A stretch of 64,000 nucleotides of DNA, taken from a virus. The position numbers and the translations under genes are program-made. The notes below the pieces were generated by a model that was not told the DNA's origin, made no database searches, and saw only the letters and a program-made list of their open reading frames with translations. Below are positions 9,440 through 19,328 of this stretch, piece after piece. Within the stretch, counting starts at the first letter, position 1, and each line of letters opens with the position of its first letter. The DNA lies in the IMG/VR virus record IMGVR_UViG_3300044568_003939; one strand, written 5' to 3'.

Positions 9440-10347
9440 TGCCCGCACAAATATTAGTATACCCACTTGAATTGAATAGCGTTGCAACCTCGGCTGTTGG
9501 CGCACAGGCAGGTCGCCCAATGATTCGGTTTCAAAGCTTTGGTGCTGAACCTGGTTCTAGTGTTGCTATATGTATGCCAATACCACAAAATATATCTTTT
9601 GCTGATGCAGCCACATATAATGATGCTGAGCTTGGATTTGCTGGCGGAGCTGGTATGGCCGCAGCACGGGCTGGACTTGGTGCAGGTGGTAATATAGAAG
9701 CTGGTGTAAATGCTGGATTGGGCGCAATTGGTGGCGGTATACCAAAAAGTTTGGGTAACTTGGTGCAAGGTCTGACAGCTAGCTTTACTTCGGCTGGTGC
9801 CACAGTACAATCAGCCGTAAGTATTGGTGTAGGAGCTACACTAAATAAAAACATAACTACACAATTTACTGGAACTGGCACTCGGCGCTTTTCATTTGTA
9901 TTTAAATTCATTTCGGTATCTTCGGCAGAATCTAACCAAATAAATAAAATTTCAAAAGCATTTCGTTTGGGATTATATCCTAAGGGCAATGCTTATCAAT
10001 TGCAATATCCAGCTACATGGACTATTCAATTTGTTAATGGTGTAACTGGAAATGATATTGAATACTTACCCAAATTGTTTGAATGCTATTTGGAAAGTAT
10101 GACAAGTACATACAATAGCATTGCAAATATATGGAGAACGGATGGCAGTCCATTGGACAGTGAAATAACATTAACGTTTATTGAGTCACGCGCACTTACT
10201 AAAGATGATATTAAATTTCTTGAAGACAAACCTTATGATAAGAGTCGCTTCCTTGCAAATTATAATGTTCCAGACGCAACGGTAAGCGATGTAAACAGCA
10301 ATTCGGCTAATACTACACCAACTCCTGTTGCAAACACACCAGCTTAA
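9439..10347 (+). CDS. gp48: Baseplate tail-tube cap
   Basis: LVYPLE, FTGTGTRRFSFVFKF..S..ES..I, CYLESM..Y, LTFIESRALTK; start reassigned to 9439. Confidence 0.8.
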   Translation: MPAQILVYPLELNSVATSAVGAQAGRPMIRFQSFGAEPGSSVAICMPIPQNISFADAATYNDAELGFAGGAGMAAARAGLGAGGNIEAGVNAGLGAIGGGIPKSLGNLVQGLTASFTSAGATVQSAVSIGVGATLNKNITTQFTGTGTRRFSFVFKFISVSSAESNQINKISKAFRLGLYPKGNAYQLQYPATWTIQFVNGVTGNDIEYLPKLFECYLESMTSTYNSIANIWRTDGSPLDSEITLTFIESRALTKDDIKFLEDKPYDKSRFLANYNVPDATVSDVNSNSANTTPTPVANTPA

Positions 10348-10350
10348 TTT

Positions 10351-11817
10351 ATGGCAACAAATTTCTTTTCACAATTTCCAAAATTATCATATGACATTGA
10401 TGGAGAAGGATCATATGTAAATTTAACTGATATATCACGAAATGTTGATATATCAAATCTTAACGAAGATAAAGGTAGTTACTATACATACTATGATATT
10501 ATGGATGGAGATCGTCCAGATACAATATCACAATTGTTATATCAAACTCCTCAATACTATTGGAGCATTTTCATATTAAATGATTCTCTTAAAGCTGGCC
10601 TTAATAATGCATGGCCGCTGTCTGCATTGGATTTTGAAACAATGATCGGCAATGAATATGACAAATATAGTTCATTTGCGGTAAGTCCACAATTAACGGT
10701 ACCTGGCTCTATTCAACAACAACGCAGCGACTTTTCAGTTGTTCCTTTGAATGAAAAATATTTACCTTATTTGTTTTTGTCTTCAAACGAAACCGAATTG
10801 CGTGCTAATATTTTAAAGTATGACCGCCGTTTGTTACAAGCTGTAGTGTATAATATAACACCGCATGAGCATGCAACCCAATCATATGCAAACACAGCAT
10901 CTTTTGAGCTGCGCAATACATTTTTAAGTAGTAGCGAATATGTTTTGGAATGGATCAACCCGTTCAATTCTGTTACACAAGCCGCTGCATATGCTGCTTG
11001 TGAAGCATTAAAAGAAGAATGGATTGACATTGCAATAGAGCCATTTAAAACCATAGACATTGCTATACCCAATGCTGGCTATAATACTGTTGCAAATGGC
11101 ACATATGCAAAGGAATCATATATGTTCAATAAAAAATATTTGACGGCCGGTGAAGGATTCACTTGGCCATTATATAGAAATGCAGTATATCAATATTTTA
11201 AGTATGACACACTAGATTCTTCAATTACATATCCAGTAAGCGCATTTAATATACTTGAAGAAAAAGCAAATACGATTTATATATCCGGTGATACAAGCCC
11301 AAACGTAAACGGCGCATTAACTTATGTAATGACTAGCGATGGGCAAAACGGTTTATGGACAAATGCTGATATTCAATTTGTTGATGTCTGGTTTAGCGAA
11401 GATCCAAACATAAGCTTCCCACTGCGACCATATGATGTTACTGTATTAAGTTATTTAGATTATCAAGACCCTCCTCATTGGCGTATTAATACATATGCAG
11501 CAAATAGTGAGACTATTATATTTGCAGCTAAATCGGAGTCAACTGATAATTCGTTTTCGCCATTAAATTTAACATACACAACCGAGCTCAGCAGTACTAC
11601 AGTATGTATTGGTAGCGATCCTCCTGTTTGCACAACCACAATACTTAGGTATGGCACCGGAACCCCAATAGTTAGCACTAAATTTATTGGTAATCCAAGT
11701 ATTAGTAATTATGAAAAAGAACAGCTTGAGAACGACACCAAAAGAAAGATAAAAGTTGTCAGACCCGATATAGTGCGGGACTTCACCAGAACATATTTTA
11801 CACTTTTAAACTCTTAA
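10351..11817 (+). CDS. gp53: Baseplate wedge subunit with a large insertion
   Basis: FFSQFP, DGDRPDTIS..LY....YYW, C-terminal SNYEKEQLENDTKRKIKV. Confidence 0.82.
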   Translation: MATNFFSQFPKLSYDIDGEGSYVNLTDISRNVDISNLNEDKGSYYTYYDIMDGDRPDTISQLLYQTPQYYWSIFILNDSLKAGLNNAWPLSALDFETMIGNEYDKYSSFAVSPQLTVPGSIQQQRSDFSVVPLNEKYLPYLFLSSNETELRANILKYDRRLLQAVVYNITPHEHATQSYANTASFELRNTFLSSSEYVLEWINPFNSVTQAAAYAACEALKEEWIDIAIEPFKTIDIAIPNAGYNTVANGTYAKESYMFNKKYLTAGEGFTWPLYRNAVYQYFKYDTLDSSITYPVSAFNILEEKANTIYISGDTSPNVNGALTYVMTSDGQNGLWTNADIQFVDVWFSEDPNISFPLRPYDVTVLSYLDYQDPPHWRINTYAANSETIIFAAKSESTDNSFSPLNLTYTTELSSTTVCIGSDPPVCTTTILRYGTGTPIVSTKFIGNPSISNYEKEQLENDTKRKIKVVRPDIVRDFTRTYFTLLNS

Positions 11818-11823
11818 TTTGTT

Positions 11824-13224
11824 ATGGCTAATAGTTTAAATTCGCCGGTGTCAAGAAATACTCCCAAGGGAATTGGCGCGGATGGTAATGTTGCTCTTAT
11901 ACCATCTGCATATACTGTCAAGTCGTTAAGCATACAAAATTCCAAAGGGGAAGTGCGTGACATACAAACTATAATTACTGCCTTTACCATCACAGAAGAA
12001 TTGTTTTCTCCAGTGGTAGTTTTTAATGCACGCATAAGAGATACAATCAATTTCTTTGAAGATTTTGCAATTAGTGGGCAGGAAATTATAAATGTAAAAT
12101 TGCAAAAAGTTGATGTTGCTCAACAAAAACGAGATCCTGCAAATACATCACAACGCGATGTTGAAATCAATTTTATTGTAAAGGAATATCCAAATTATGA
12201 AAAGACTGTTACCAATATAGGTACACAAGAATACAATTTGATTGCTGTTAGCGACTATGGATACCTAAGCATGCTTAAACGAATTAGCAGAAGCGTCAAA
12301 GGTAACGTAGCAGAAAATATACGAAAGATTTTTGAAAATGATTTGAATGTAACTAAAGTAATTGTGCGCGGCTCATGCAGTACAGCATTTGATGGCATAC
12401 TAACAATTCAAAGCCCACTTAAAGCGGTTGAATGGTTGCGTAAAAAAGCATATGATGTTAATGGTGCGCCATTCTTTGTGTATGTTACCATATCAAGTGG
12501 AGTTGTGTTGATCAGTTCGCTAACAACGCTACTCAAAGGACCATTATATTCAACATACCGCTATCATCAGTTTTTAAAAAATACTGCAGCAACACCAGAG
12601 TCATATGCTGAATCAATGAGTAGAGTGCTCAACATGAAAAGCAATATCAAGTTGGACAAGCTCAAGCAGGCTACTGAAGGTGGATTTGCAAATCGTACCG
12701 ATGTCACCGATTATGCTAAGAAAAGTTTTATTAGTAAGATATTTGATTATAGCAAAGATGATACAGTTGCAAAAAATAGATTGCTTGCGAATACTACATA
12801 TGGGCAAGCCATGAATTTTTTTTCAAAAGGAAAGACTAGCCCAGGCGCAAACTTAACAGGTAGCCCAGATGCTAGTCGCAGTTTGTTGTCAGTAAACACC
12901 GATGCAAACAGTAATGGCGCTCCCAATTCAAGTGGACCGCTGGCAGAGAATATTGGGCGTGCCAAATCATACTTAGCAAATCTTGAAAGTATGAATCATG
13001 AAATTGAAGTGTATGGCGACTTTCGACTTAATCCTGGGCGTAAAATTAAAATAGAAGTTCCTAAGAGTAGTGATCCTACGGAATACAATACAAATATCAA
13101 CAAGTCCAATACTGAAGAATTGGATCTGTCTCTTAGTGGCGAATATTTGGTAGCGGTAGCCGTTCATTCATTTAAAGAAGGCGTATATACTTCACGTTTA
13201 AAAATAATTAAAGATAGTGCATAA
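11824..13224 (+). CDS. Baseplate hub protein (gp27-like)
   Basis: Position before gp5; EELFSP..., IEVYGDFRLNPGRKI, LSGEYLV.AV.H. Confidence 0.65.
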   Translation: MANSLNSPVSRNTPKGIGADGNVALIPSAYTVKSLSIQNSKGEVRDIQTIITAFTITEELFSPVVVFNARIRDTINFFEDFAISGQEIINVKLQKVDVAQQKRDPANTSQRDVEINFIVKEYPNYEKTVTNIGTQEYNLIAVSDYGYLSMLKRISRSVKGNVAENIRKIFENDLNVTKVIVRGSCSTAFDGILTIQSPLKAVEWLRKKAYDVNGAPFFVYVTISSGVVLISSLTTLLKGPLYSTYRYHQFLKNTAATPESYAESMSRVLNMKSNIKLDKLKQATEGGFANRTDVTDYAKKSFISKIFDYSKDDTVAKNRLLANTTYGQAMNFFSKGKTSPGANLTGSPDASRSLLSVNTDANSNGAPNSSGPLAENIGRAKSYLANLESMNHEIEVYGDFRLNPGRKIKIEVPKSSDPTEYNTNINKSNTEELDLSLSGEYLVAVAVHSFKEGVYTSRLKIIKDSA

Positions 13225-14228
13225 TGAATATTAGCAATTGGTTTACTGCTGTAGTTGAAGATGTAAGCGATCCTTTACAGCAAGGTCGTGTGCGAGTGCG
13301 ATGCCTTGGGTATCATACTGATGACACATCCGAATTGCCTAAAGAAGATCTTCCATGGGCTACATGCATTATGCCAGTAACAAGTCCATGCGTAAGCGGC
13401 GTTGGGCAAAGTGCTACTGGTCTTGTCCCAGGGTCATGGGTATTTGGTTTCTTTAGAGATGGATTAGAATTGCAGGATCCAGTTGTAACTGGCAGTATAC
13501 CAAGTGCTGTTGGTTATGATAATGGCTTAGGTACGGTTGGGCAAGGGTTTGGTGACCCGCATGGAGTATTTCCATATAGAGCTGGCAGTGATACTCCAAG
13601 CGGTGCAGGAATATATTCTGGAACTAGTGCTGGCTATGCAACTCAAGCTAGCGGCGCGCAAAATTTTGGAGGATGTGCAGTAGGCACTGGTAGCCCATGC
13701 TCAACACTTGAAAATCCACAAACTCCTATTGTAGTAAACAGTGCAGCTAAAACAAAAATTATTCAAGCCGCTCAAAGTAAAGTAGGCAACACATACGAGG
13801 TTAGTCAAAATCAAGGACCTGGGATAGCTGAGATGTGGAAAGCTACAGATTATTCTGATGGCTACAATGCACGAGCTCCATGGTGCGCAGCATTTGTTAG
13901 TTGGTGTGTGCAACAGAGTGGTGTATTTAGTGAAGCAGATCGCCCAAAAAGCGCGGCTGCATTTAAAGGTGGTGGCTATGAAGCATGGGCACGCAGCAAA
14001 AGCAATGCTGTTAGATTGACAACAAATCCATCTAAGGTGTATGCTGGTGATCTTGTTATATTTTCATTTAGTCATATTGGTATAGCTACAAGTGATAGCG
14101 ATGCTAACGGTAAATTTAATACCATTGAAGGAAATACAAATGCTGCTGGCAGTCGTGAAGGAAATGGTTGTTATGCAAAGACGCGTAGTTTATCTGTTGT
14201 TCGTAGTACTTGTACCATAATTGCTTAA
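13224..14228 (+). CDS. gp5: gp5 N-terminal OB-fold fused to a CHAP peptidoglycan hydrolase
   Basis: WFTAVVEDVSDPLQQGRVRVRCLGYH...LPWA...GSWVFGFFRDG; CHAP motifs PWCAAFVSW, SHIGI, TIEGNT. Confidence 0.88.
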   Translation: MNISNWFTAVVEDVSDPLQQGRVRVRCLGYHTDDTSELPKEDLPWATCIMPVTSPCVSGVGQSATGLVPGSWVFGFFRDGLELQDPVVTGSIPSAVGYDNGLGTVGQGFGDPHGVFPYRAGSDTPSGAGIYSGTSAGYATQASGAQNFGGCAVGTGSPCSTLENPQTPIVVNSAAKTKIIQAAQSKVGNTYEVSQNQGPGIAEMWKATDYSDGYNARAPWCAAFVSWCVQQSGVFSEADRPKSAAAFKGGGYEAWARSKSNAVRLTTNPSKVYAGDLVIFSFSHIGIATSDSDANGKFNTIEGNTNAAGSREGNGCYAKTRSLSVVRSTCTIIA

Positions 14229-14239
14229 TAAATACAATT

Positions 14240-15022
14240 ATGGCAAACAATGAAACATGGAGTGCATCTTTACCAACCGATGGTGCTGTATATCCATTCA
14301 ATAACGTTACTCAAACACGCAGTGGCCACGTTTTTGAAGTTGATGATACTCTTGGTCACGAGCGTTTGCTAAGACAACATAAGAGTGGTACACGTGAAGA
14401 GATTAACCCCACTGGTGATCGTACCATTACTGTATATGGCAATGGTTATAAAGTTGTTCATGGTGAAGACAACATTACGGTTGAAGGAAATGTTAATATA
14501 ACAGTGCTTGGCAATTGCAATACTGTCGTGAATGGAAATTATAATGTTGAAATCAATGGAGACTATAATGAAACTGTAAAAGGAACACGCCGTACTAAAG
14601 TTGGTGGTCAATATGTAATGGAAATATCTGATGAATATGCAATGAACATTGGTGCTGGCGCCAAAGTAACGGTGCATGATGACTATTCATTGCATGCAAG
14701 CGGCAAATATACTCTTTATGTTGGTGGAGAAAGTAAGACTGATGTGTATAGCACCAATACAAGTACGGTTCACGGTATGAACTTAACAACTGTTCTTGGC
14801 GAAAATAAAACAGTATCAACTGGCAAAAGTATAACTGTTGCGGCAACCATTGAAATTGCATCAAGCGGTACAACAAGTATCAATGCAAAAGGAATAAGTG
14901 TAACATCAACTGCTGGCGCGAAATACTCTTCAGAAAGCACTACAAGTATCAGAGGAAAAGGTATTAATGTTGTAAGCATCCGTGATGTGGTAATCATAGG
15001 TAATAAAATTAAACTAAACTAA
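14240..15022 (+). CDS. gp5 C-terminal beta-helix spike, encoded as a separate gene
   Basis: YPFNNV.QTRSGHVFEVDDT.G.ER....HKSGT..EI; VxGN repeats; preceded by AATAAATA at 14227-14234. Confidence 0.85.
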   Translation: MANNETWSASLPTDGAVYPFNNVTQTRSGHVFEVDDTLGHERLLRQHKSGTREEINPTGDRTITVYGNGYKVVHGEDNITVEGNVNITVLGNCNTVVNGNYNVEINGDYNETVKGTRRTKVGGQYVMEISDEYAMNIGAGAKVTVHDDYSLHASGKYTLYVGGESKTDVYSTNTSTVHGMNLTTVLGENKTVSTGKSITVAATIEIASSGTTSINAKGISVTSTAGAKYSSESTTSIRGKGINVVSIRDVVIIGNKIKLN

Positions 15023-15023
15023 T

Positions 15024-17000
15024 ATGCCATCATCCAATGCAAATCTTTCGGCTTTAACCACAAGCGCTGGAGCTTTAACTCCTTTTCCTTTTAATGCATC
15101 CACAACGGCATATACAGTTTATATGCCATACACAGCATATGAAACTCCTACACGAACAGTAACACCAACCGTAGCGGATACTGGATTAGCTACAGTTAAA
15201 GTTAATGGTGTTAGCGTAACTTCAGGATCAGCTAGTGCGGCAACTTTTATAAATGTAGGCAGTAATGTTTTTACAATAGTTGTTACCGCAGAAGATGCAA
15301 CTACAAAAACATATACCGTTAATGTTATACGGGCTGCAGCGTCAACGGTCAGTTCATTATCAGCAATCGGTTTATCAGCTGGACAATTATCTCCAGCCTT
15401 TTCTGCTGAAAACAATTCATACAGCGTTGATGTATCAACCGAAACTACTACATTGGCTATCACTCCAACTAGCACGTCTGCCAATTCAAAGATTGATGTA
15501 GAAGGAAGTGATGTAACCTCAGGAGCATCTAGTATAGCATTAAATCTTATTATTGGTACAAACATATTGGTAATTACATGTACTGCTGAAGATGGCGTCA
15601 GCGCATCAACATACACTCTTACCGTTATGCGCGCAGATTTTTCTGATAGCATTTCAACTTTTGAATCAAAATCAAATGCGCTTGGGTACGGTGTATCGGA
15701 CGTTTCAATACTTGATACTTTTAATGTAAACGACTTGCAACTTGTTAATCAGGTACAAAGTTTAGCAGATTGTGCTAAGAATTTGCCACATCGCTTGATG
15801 GAAATGGGTATCAAGAAAGCTACAGAATTGGTACTCAATAATCCAACAGCCACTTCTTTACTATTACAACTTGATGCTCTTGCAAAAAAATATGATGCTA
15901 TCAAAAAAATAGCTGATCTAGCAAATCCCAAAAAGACTAAACCCGAAACTCTTATTGAAGCATTGCTTGCATCGCAAGGATTGACTGGAATAGCATTGGT
16001 AAATAAAATTAATGCCATAGTAAACAACTTTTCTGATGTCTCTGGGCTATCAGATATACTCAATAATTTAAACAATCTTGATGTTTGTCAAACCGCTAAC
16101 TATTTACCAGGAGGCGCATCCGTTCCCAACCCTACAAACATACCATTAGCAAATCCTCCACCAGCTGTAGGAGGTGTCATATCTCCAGTAGCAAATGCTT
16201 CTTATGATCCTAAACCTAAAGATGAGTATGATGCATTTATCTTCCAATTAAAAGAATATCTTGATAAAGACCCTCAAAGAGTAGCAGCATTAGGTGGCAC
16301 AGATTTGCAAAATTACATACGCATGCTAGCAGTATTAAACACGCTTGCATATTCATATCATGATAATATTAGTCGAACAACCGATGATGGTAAAGACCTT
16401 GAATATAAAGCAACATATCTTAAATTGGTATCAGACGAATTGAGTAAACATCCTGAATGGGACGCTGCAACAAAACTTGATTATAAAGGGCGGAGCGCTG
16501 CAATTGAAAATGAAATAACACGCAATACCAATGCAATTCGTTCTTATTACGCGCGTAATTCTGCAGCTACTGGAGAATGGATAACTATGTATATGACAGT
16601 GTATGGATCTGCTGCCATAGATAAGACTACCGCACAGGATCAGATTAAAGCTGATAGTGGAGTTGGTGGATATGAAGGTTTTAGTCAAAGCAAAGGAGCA
16701 TATGGTGCAACTCTGGTGGAAGGAGTTAGTGTGGCATCCAACTATTGGACTGGTAAAACTGTTCTTGAAATACGTTATGCCGAAGATCAAACACCCGTTG
16801 GGAGTGGGCGCGTAACCGTTCATGACACTGGCGGTATGTCAAACAATGTGATTGATTATTATTGCGGCTCCAATCTGTCTCTATACAAATCAATTCAAAA
16901 TAAAGGCATCAATACTGGTGGAAAAACAAAACCATCATATGCTGTACCAATCCAAGTTCGTGTTGTAAGCGGTGCGCCAAAAGCAGGCAAGACGCTTTGA
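15024..17000 (+). CDS. Baseplate protein with two cadherin-like beta-sandwich domains and a C-terminal 3D (MltA-like) domain
   Basis: Two NANLSAL...VTAED..T.TYTV units; C-terminal MTVYG...VSVAS...VHDTGG....IDYY. Confidence 0.7.
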   Translation: MPSSNANLSALTTSAGALTPFPFNASTTAYTVYMPYTAYETPTRTVTPTVADTGLATVKVNGVSVTSGSASAATFINVGSNVFTIVVTAEDATTKTYTVNVIRAAASTVSSLSAIGLSAGQLSPAFSAENNSYSVDVSTETTTLAITPTSTSANSKIDVEGSDVTSGASSIALNLIIGTNILVITCTAEDGVSASTYTLTVMRADFSDSISTFESKSNALGYGVSDVSILDTFNVNDLQLVNQVQSLADCAKNLPHRLMEMGIKKATELVLNNPTATSLLLQLDALAKKYDAIKKIADLANPKKTKPETLIEALLASQGLTGIALVNKINAIVNNFSDVSGLSDILNNLNNLDVCQTANYLPGGASVPNPTNIPLANPPPAVGGVISPVANASYDPKPKDEYDAFIFQLKEYLDKDPQRVAALGGTDLQNYIRMLAVLNTLAYSYHDNISRTTDDGKDLEYKATYLKLVSDELSKHPEWDAATKLDYKGRSAAIENEITRNTNAIRSYYARNSAATGEWITMYMTVYGSAAIDKTTAQDQIKADSGVGGYEGFSQSKGAYGATLVEGVSVASNYWTGKTVLEIRYAEDQTPVGSGRVTVHDTGGMSNNVIDYYCGSNLSLYKSIQNKGINTGGKTKPSYAVPIQVRVVSGAPKAGKTL

Positions 17001-17008
17001 TATAAATA
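17001..17008 (+). promoter_or_regulatory. Late promoter of gp25
   Basis: TATAAATA, 7 nt before ATG. Confidence 0.8.
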
Positions 17009-17015
17009 GAATGTA

Positions 17016-17453
17016 ATGAGTAATATCTTATCGGATTACAATTCTTCAACCATCACTTCAAGTAATGTTGCAAAGAAGTACATATATTCCGATTTAGATT
17101 TATCATTTATCGTTCATCCGGTTCTTAAAGATATCAGGCCAATTACAGATATTGATGCTGTAAAGAACAGCATAAAAAATATAGTCCTGACAAGTTTTTA
17201 TGATCATCCGTTTCATCCTGAAATTGGAAGTGGTGTTCGCGCTTTACTGTTTGAGCCAGCTAGTATTTTTACTGCTCTTTCGTTAAAGGATGAAATCTTG
17301 CGATGCCTTGGTCAGTTTGAACCAAGAATAAACAATGTGACCGTTCAAATATATGATGATAGCGACAACAATGCATACCGCATAACCATAGGATTTGTTG
17401 TACTATACGATCAAGAAGAAGAAGTTCAATTTTATTTAACCCGTTTAAGATAA
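17016..17453 (+). CDS. gp25: Baseplate wedge subunit
   Basis: YSDLDLSF..HP, AVKNSIKNIVLT, PFHPEIGS, FEPRI. Confidence 0.93.
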   Translation: MSNILSDYNSSTITSSNVAKKYIYSDLDLSFIVHPVLKDIRPITDIDAVKNSIKNIVLTSFYDHPFHPEIGSGVRALLFEPASIFTALSLKDEILRCLGQFEPRINNVTVQIYDDSDNNAYRITIGFVVLYDQEEEVQFYLTRLR

Positions 17454-17460
17454 TCAATAT

Positions 17461-19323
17461 ATGTCAATTTCTAGACAAACACTAAATGTAACCGAATTGG
17501 ATTTTGATGCAATCAAACAAAATCTAATTGATTATTTTACAACAAGCGATTCACCATTTAGTGATTGGAATTATGCTGGCAGCGGATTAAACCAACTGCT
17601 AGATGTATTAGCATACAACACACACTATAATGCAATTTTGGCGCATATGGCACTAAATGAAACATTTATTGACAGCGCCCAATTGCGCAGCAGTGTAGTT
17701 TCAAATGCAAAACTTGTTGGCTATATTCCTCGCAGTAAAGCTAGTGCTTCTGCTTCAATAAATGTTTCATTTGTTGGTGACGGGCGATCAGCCATTACTT
17801 TACCACGCGGAAGCAATTTTAAAACAAGTATCAATGGAAAAACTTATGTGTTTCTAAACCTCGATGAATTGGTTATAAACAAAGACTCTGGGCAAAATTT
17901 ATATACCGAAACAATTAAAGTTCAACAAGGTAGTATTGAGACTAAACGTTTTCAGGTTAATAATGTATCCGAAAAATTAACATATCAAATTGATGATGAA
18001 AATGTTGATATTAGTACACTTATTGTTAGAGTATACAACAGCAGCAGCCAACAAACTGCTGACATCTATACTCCTTTTACTGAAGTAAGCATAGGAAGTA
18101 TAAATGGCGATAGCCAAATTTATCTTCTTAACGAAAATGTTTATGGCAAATATCAAATAGAGTTTGGTAATAATATTTTTGGAAAACGCCCTAACAATTT
18201 AAGCATAATTGAATTTGAATATCTAACAACCGCTGGTGTCGATAGCAACGGCGCAAATTCATTTCAGTACATAGGCACCTTGCCGTCTGGTGCAACCAGC
18301 ATACTTCCTATAATTACTGTTAGCTCCGCAGCAGGTGGTAACAGTAAAGAAGATATTGAAAGTATTCGATTCAATGCGCCCAATTCATTTGTCAGTCAAA
18401 ACCGTGCAGTAACAGCGGATGACTACAAAACAATTATTACTGCTAAATTTCCATCAACCCAAAGTATAGCTGTATGGGGCGGTGAAGATAATGACCCTCC
18501 TCAATATGGTAAAGCTTTCATTTGTGTAAAACCAAAAGATGCATTGTATTTAACAGCTACACAGAAAGCAGAAATACTCAACATTGTTAAATACAAAAAG
18601 GTATTGAGTATTACTCCTGAGTTTGTAGATCCTGAATATATCAACTTAAGCTTGGACGTGTTGTTCAAATATAACAATACCAAAACAAATCTTTCAAAAG
18701 GTGAGCTTGAAGGAAAAATATACACAGCGGTTAATGGTTTTGGTGTTGCATACCTTGAGTCATTTGATGGTGTATTCCGACATTCATCATTGTTAAAAAC
18801 TATTGATACATATAGTCCTGCAATTTTAAACAGTTTGGTGCGTGTATATGTATCCAAATCTTTTGTGGTGGATCCGCAAAATCAGTCAGCGAATACTATA
18901 TACTATGGCACAGCCTTAACTAATGATGAAGATGGTTATGTTATAATTTCTTCTTCATCTTTTAATATCAATGCAACACAGTGTTATTATGGTGATGAAG
19001 CTATAGCTGGTGACCCAACATATCACAGATTGTACGTTTATTATTTGGGCGCTGCCGGTGAGCGAGTAAAAATAAACAGCGATGTTGGTCGTATCAACCT
19101 TGTTACTGGAAAAGTTGAATTGGCTGAATTGTATGTTGATGGCGGAGAGCCATTAACAATCACACTAAACTTATTGCCTGCAAGCAACGATATTGCTCCT
19201 AAGAAAAACCAACTTATAAGAATTGATATGAATTTGGTAAATGTTAGCGGAGAAGTTGACAGCATTGCAATTGGTGGAAGCAGTCGCTCAGTTGACTACA
19301 ACACATTTAAACGAGATCGCTAA
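17461..19323 (+). CDS. gp6: Baseplate wedge subunit
   Basis: ELDFDAIK, LLDVLAYNTHYN, QNRAVTADDY, WGGEDNDPPQYG. Confidence 0.95.
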   Translation: MSISRQTLNVTELDFDAIKQNLIDYFTTSDSPFSDWNYAGSGLNQLLDVLAYNTHYNAILAHMALNETFIDSAQLRSSVVSNAKLVGYIPRSKASASASINVSFVGDGRSAITLPRGSNFKTSINGKTYVFLNLDELVINKDSGQNLYTETIKVQQGSIETKRFQVNNVSEKLTYQIDDENVDISTLIVRVYNSSSQQTADIYTPFTEVSIGSINGDSQIYLLNENVYGKYQIEFGNNIFGKRPNNLSIIEFEYLTTAGVDSNGANSFQYIGTLPSGATSILPIITVSSAAGGNSKEDIESIRFNAPNSFVSQNRAVTADDYKTIITAKFPSTQSIAVWGGEDNDPPQYGKAFICVKPKDALYLTATQKAEILNIVKYKKVLSITPEFVDPEYINLSLDVLFKYNNTKTNLSKGELEGKIYTAVNGFGVAYLESFDGVFRHSSLLKTIDTYSPAILNSLVRVYVSKSFVVDPQNQSANTIYYGTALTNDEDGYVIISSSSFNINATQCYYGDEAIAGDPTYHRLYVYYLGAAGERVKINSDVGRINLVTGKVELAELYVDGGEPLTITLNLLPASNDIAPKKNQLIRIDMNLVNVSGEVDSIAIGGSSRSVDYNTFKRDR

Positions 19324-19328
19324 ATCTT

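Noticed and set aside
9229-9450. Long N-terminal extensions of gp48 and gp4 in the ORF track
   Set aside because: They overlap each other; late promoters and family N-termini place the starts at 9439 and 9417
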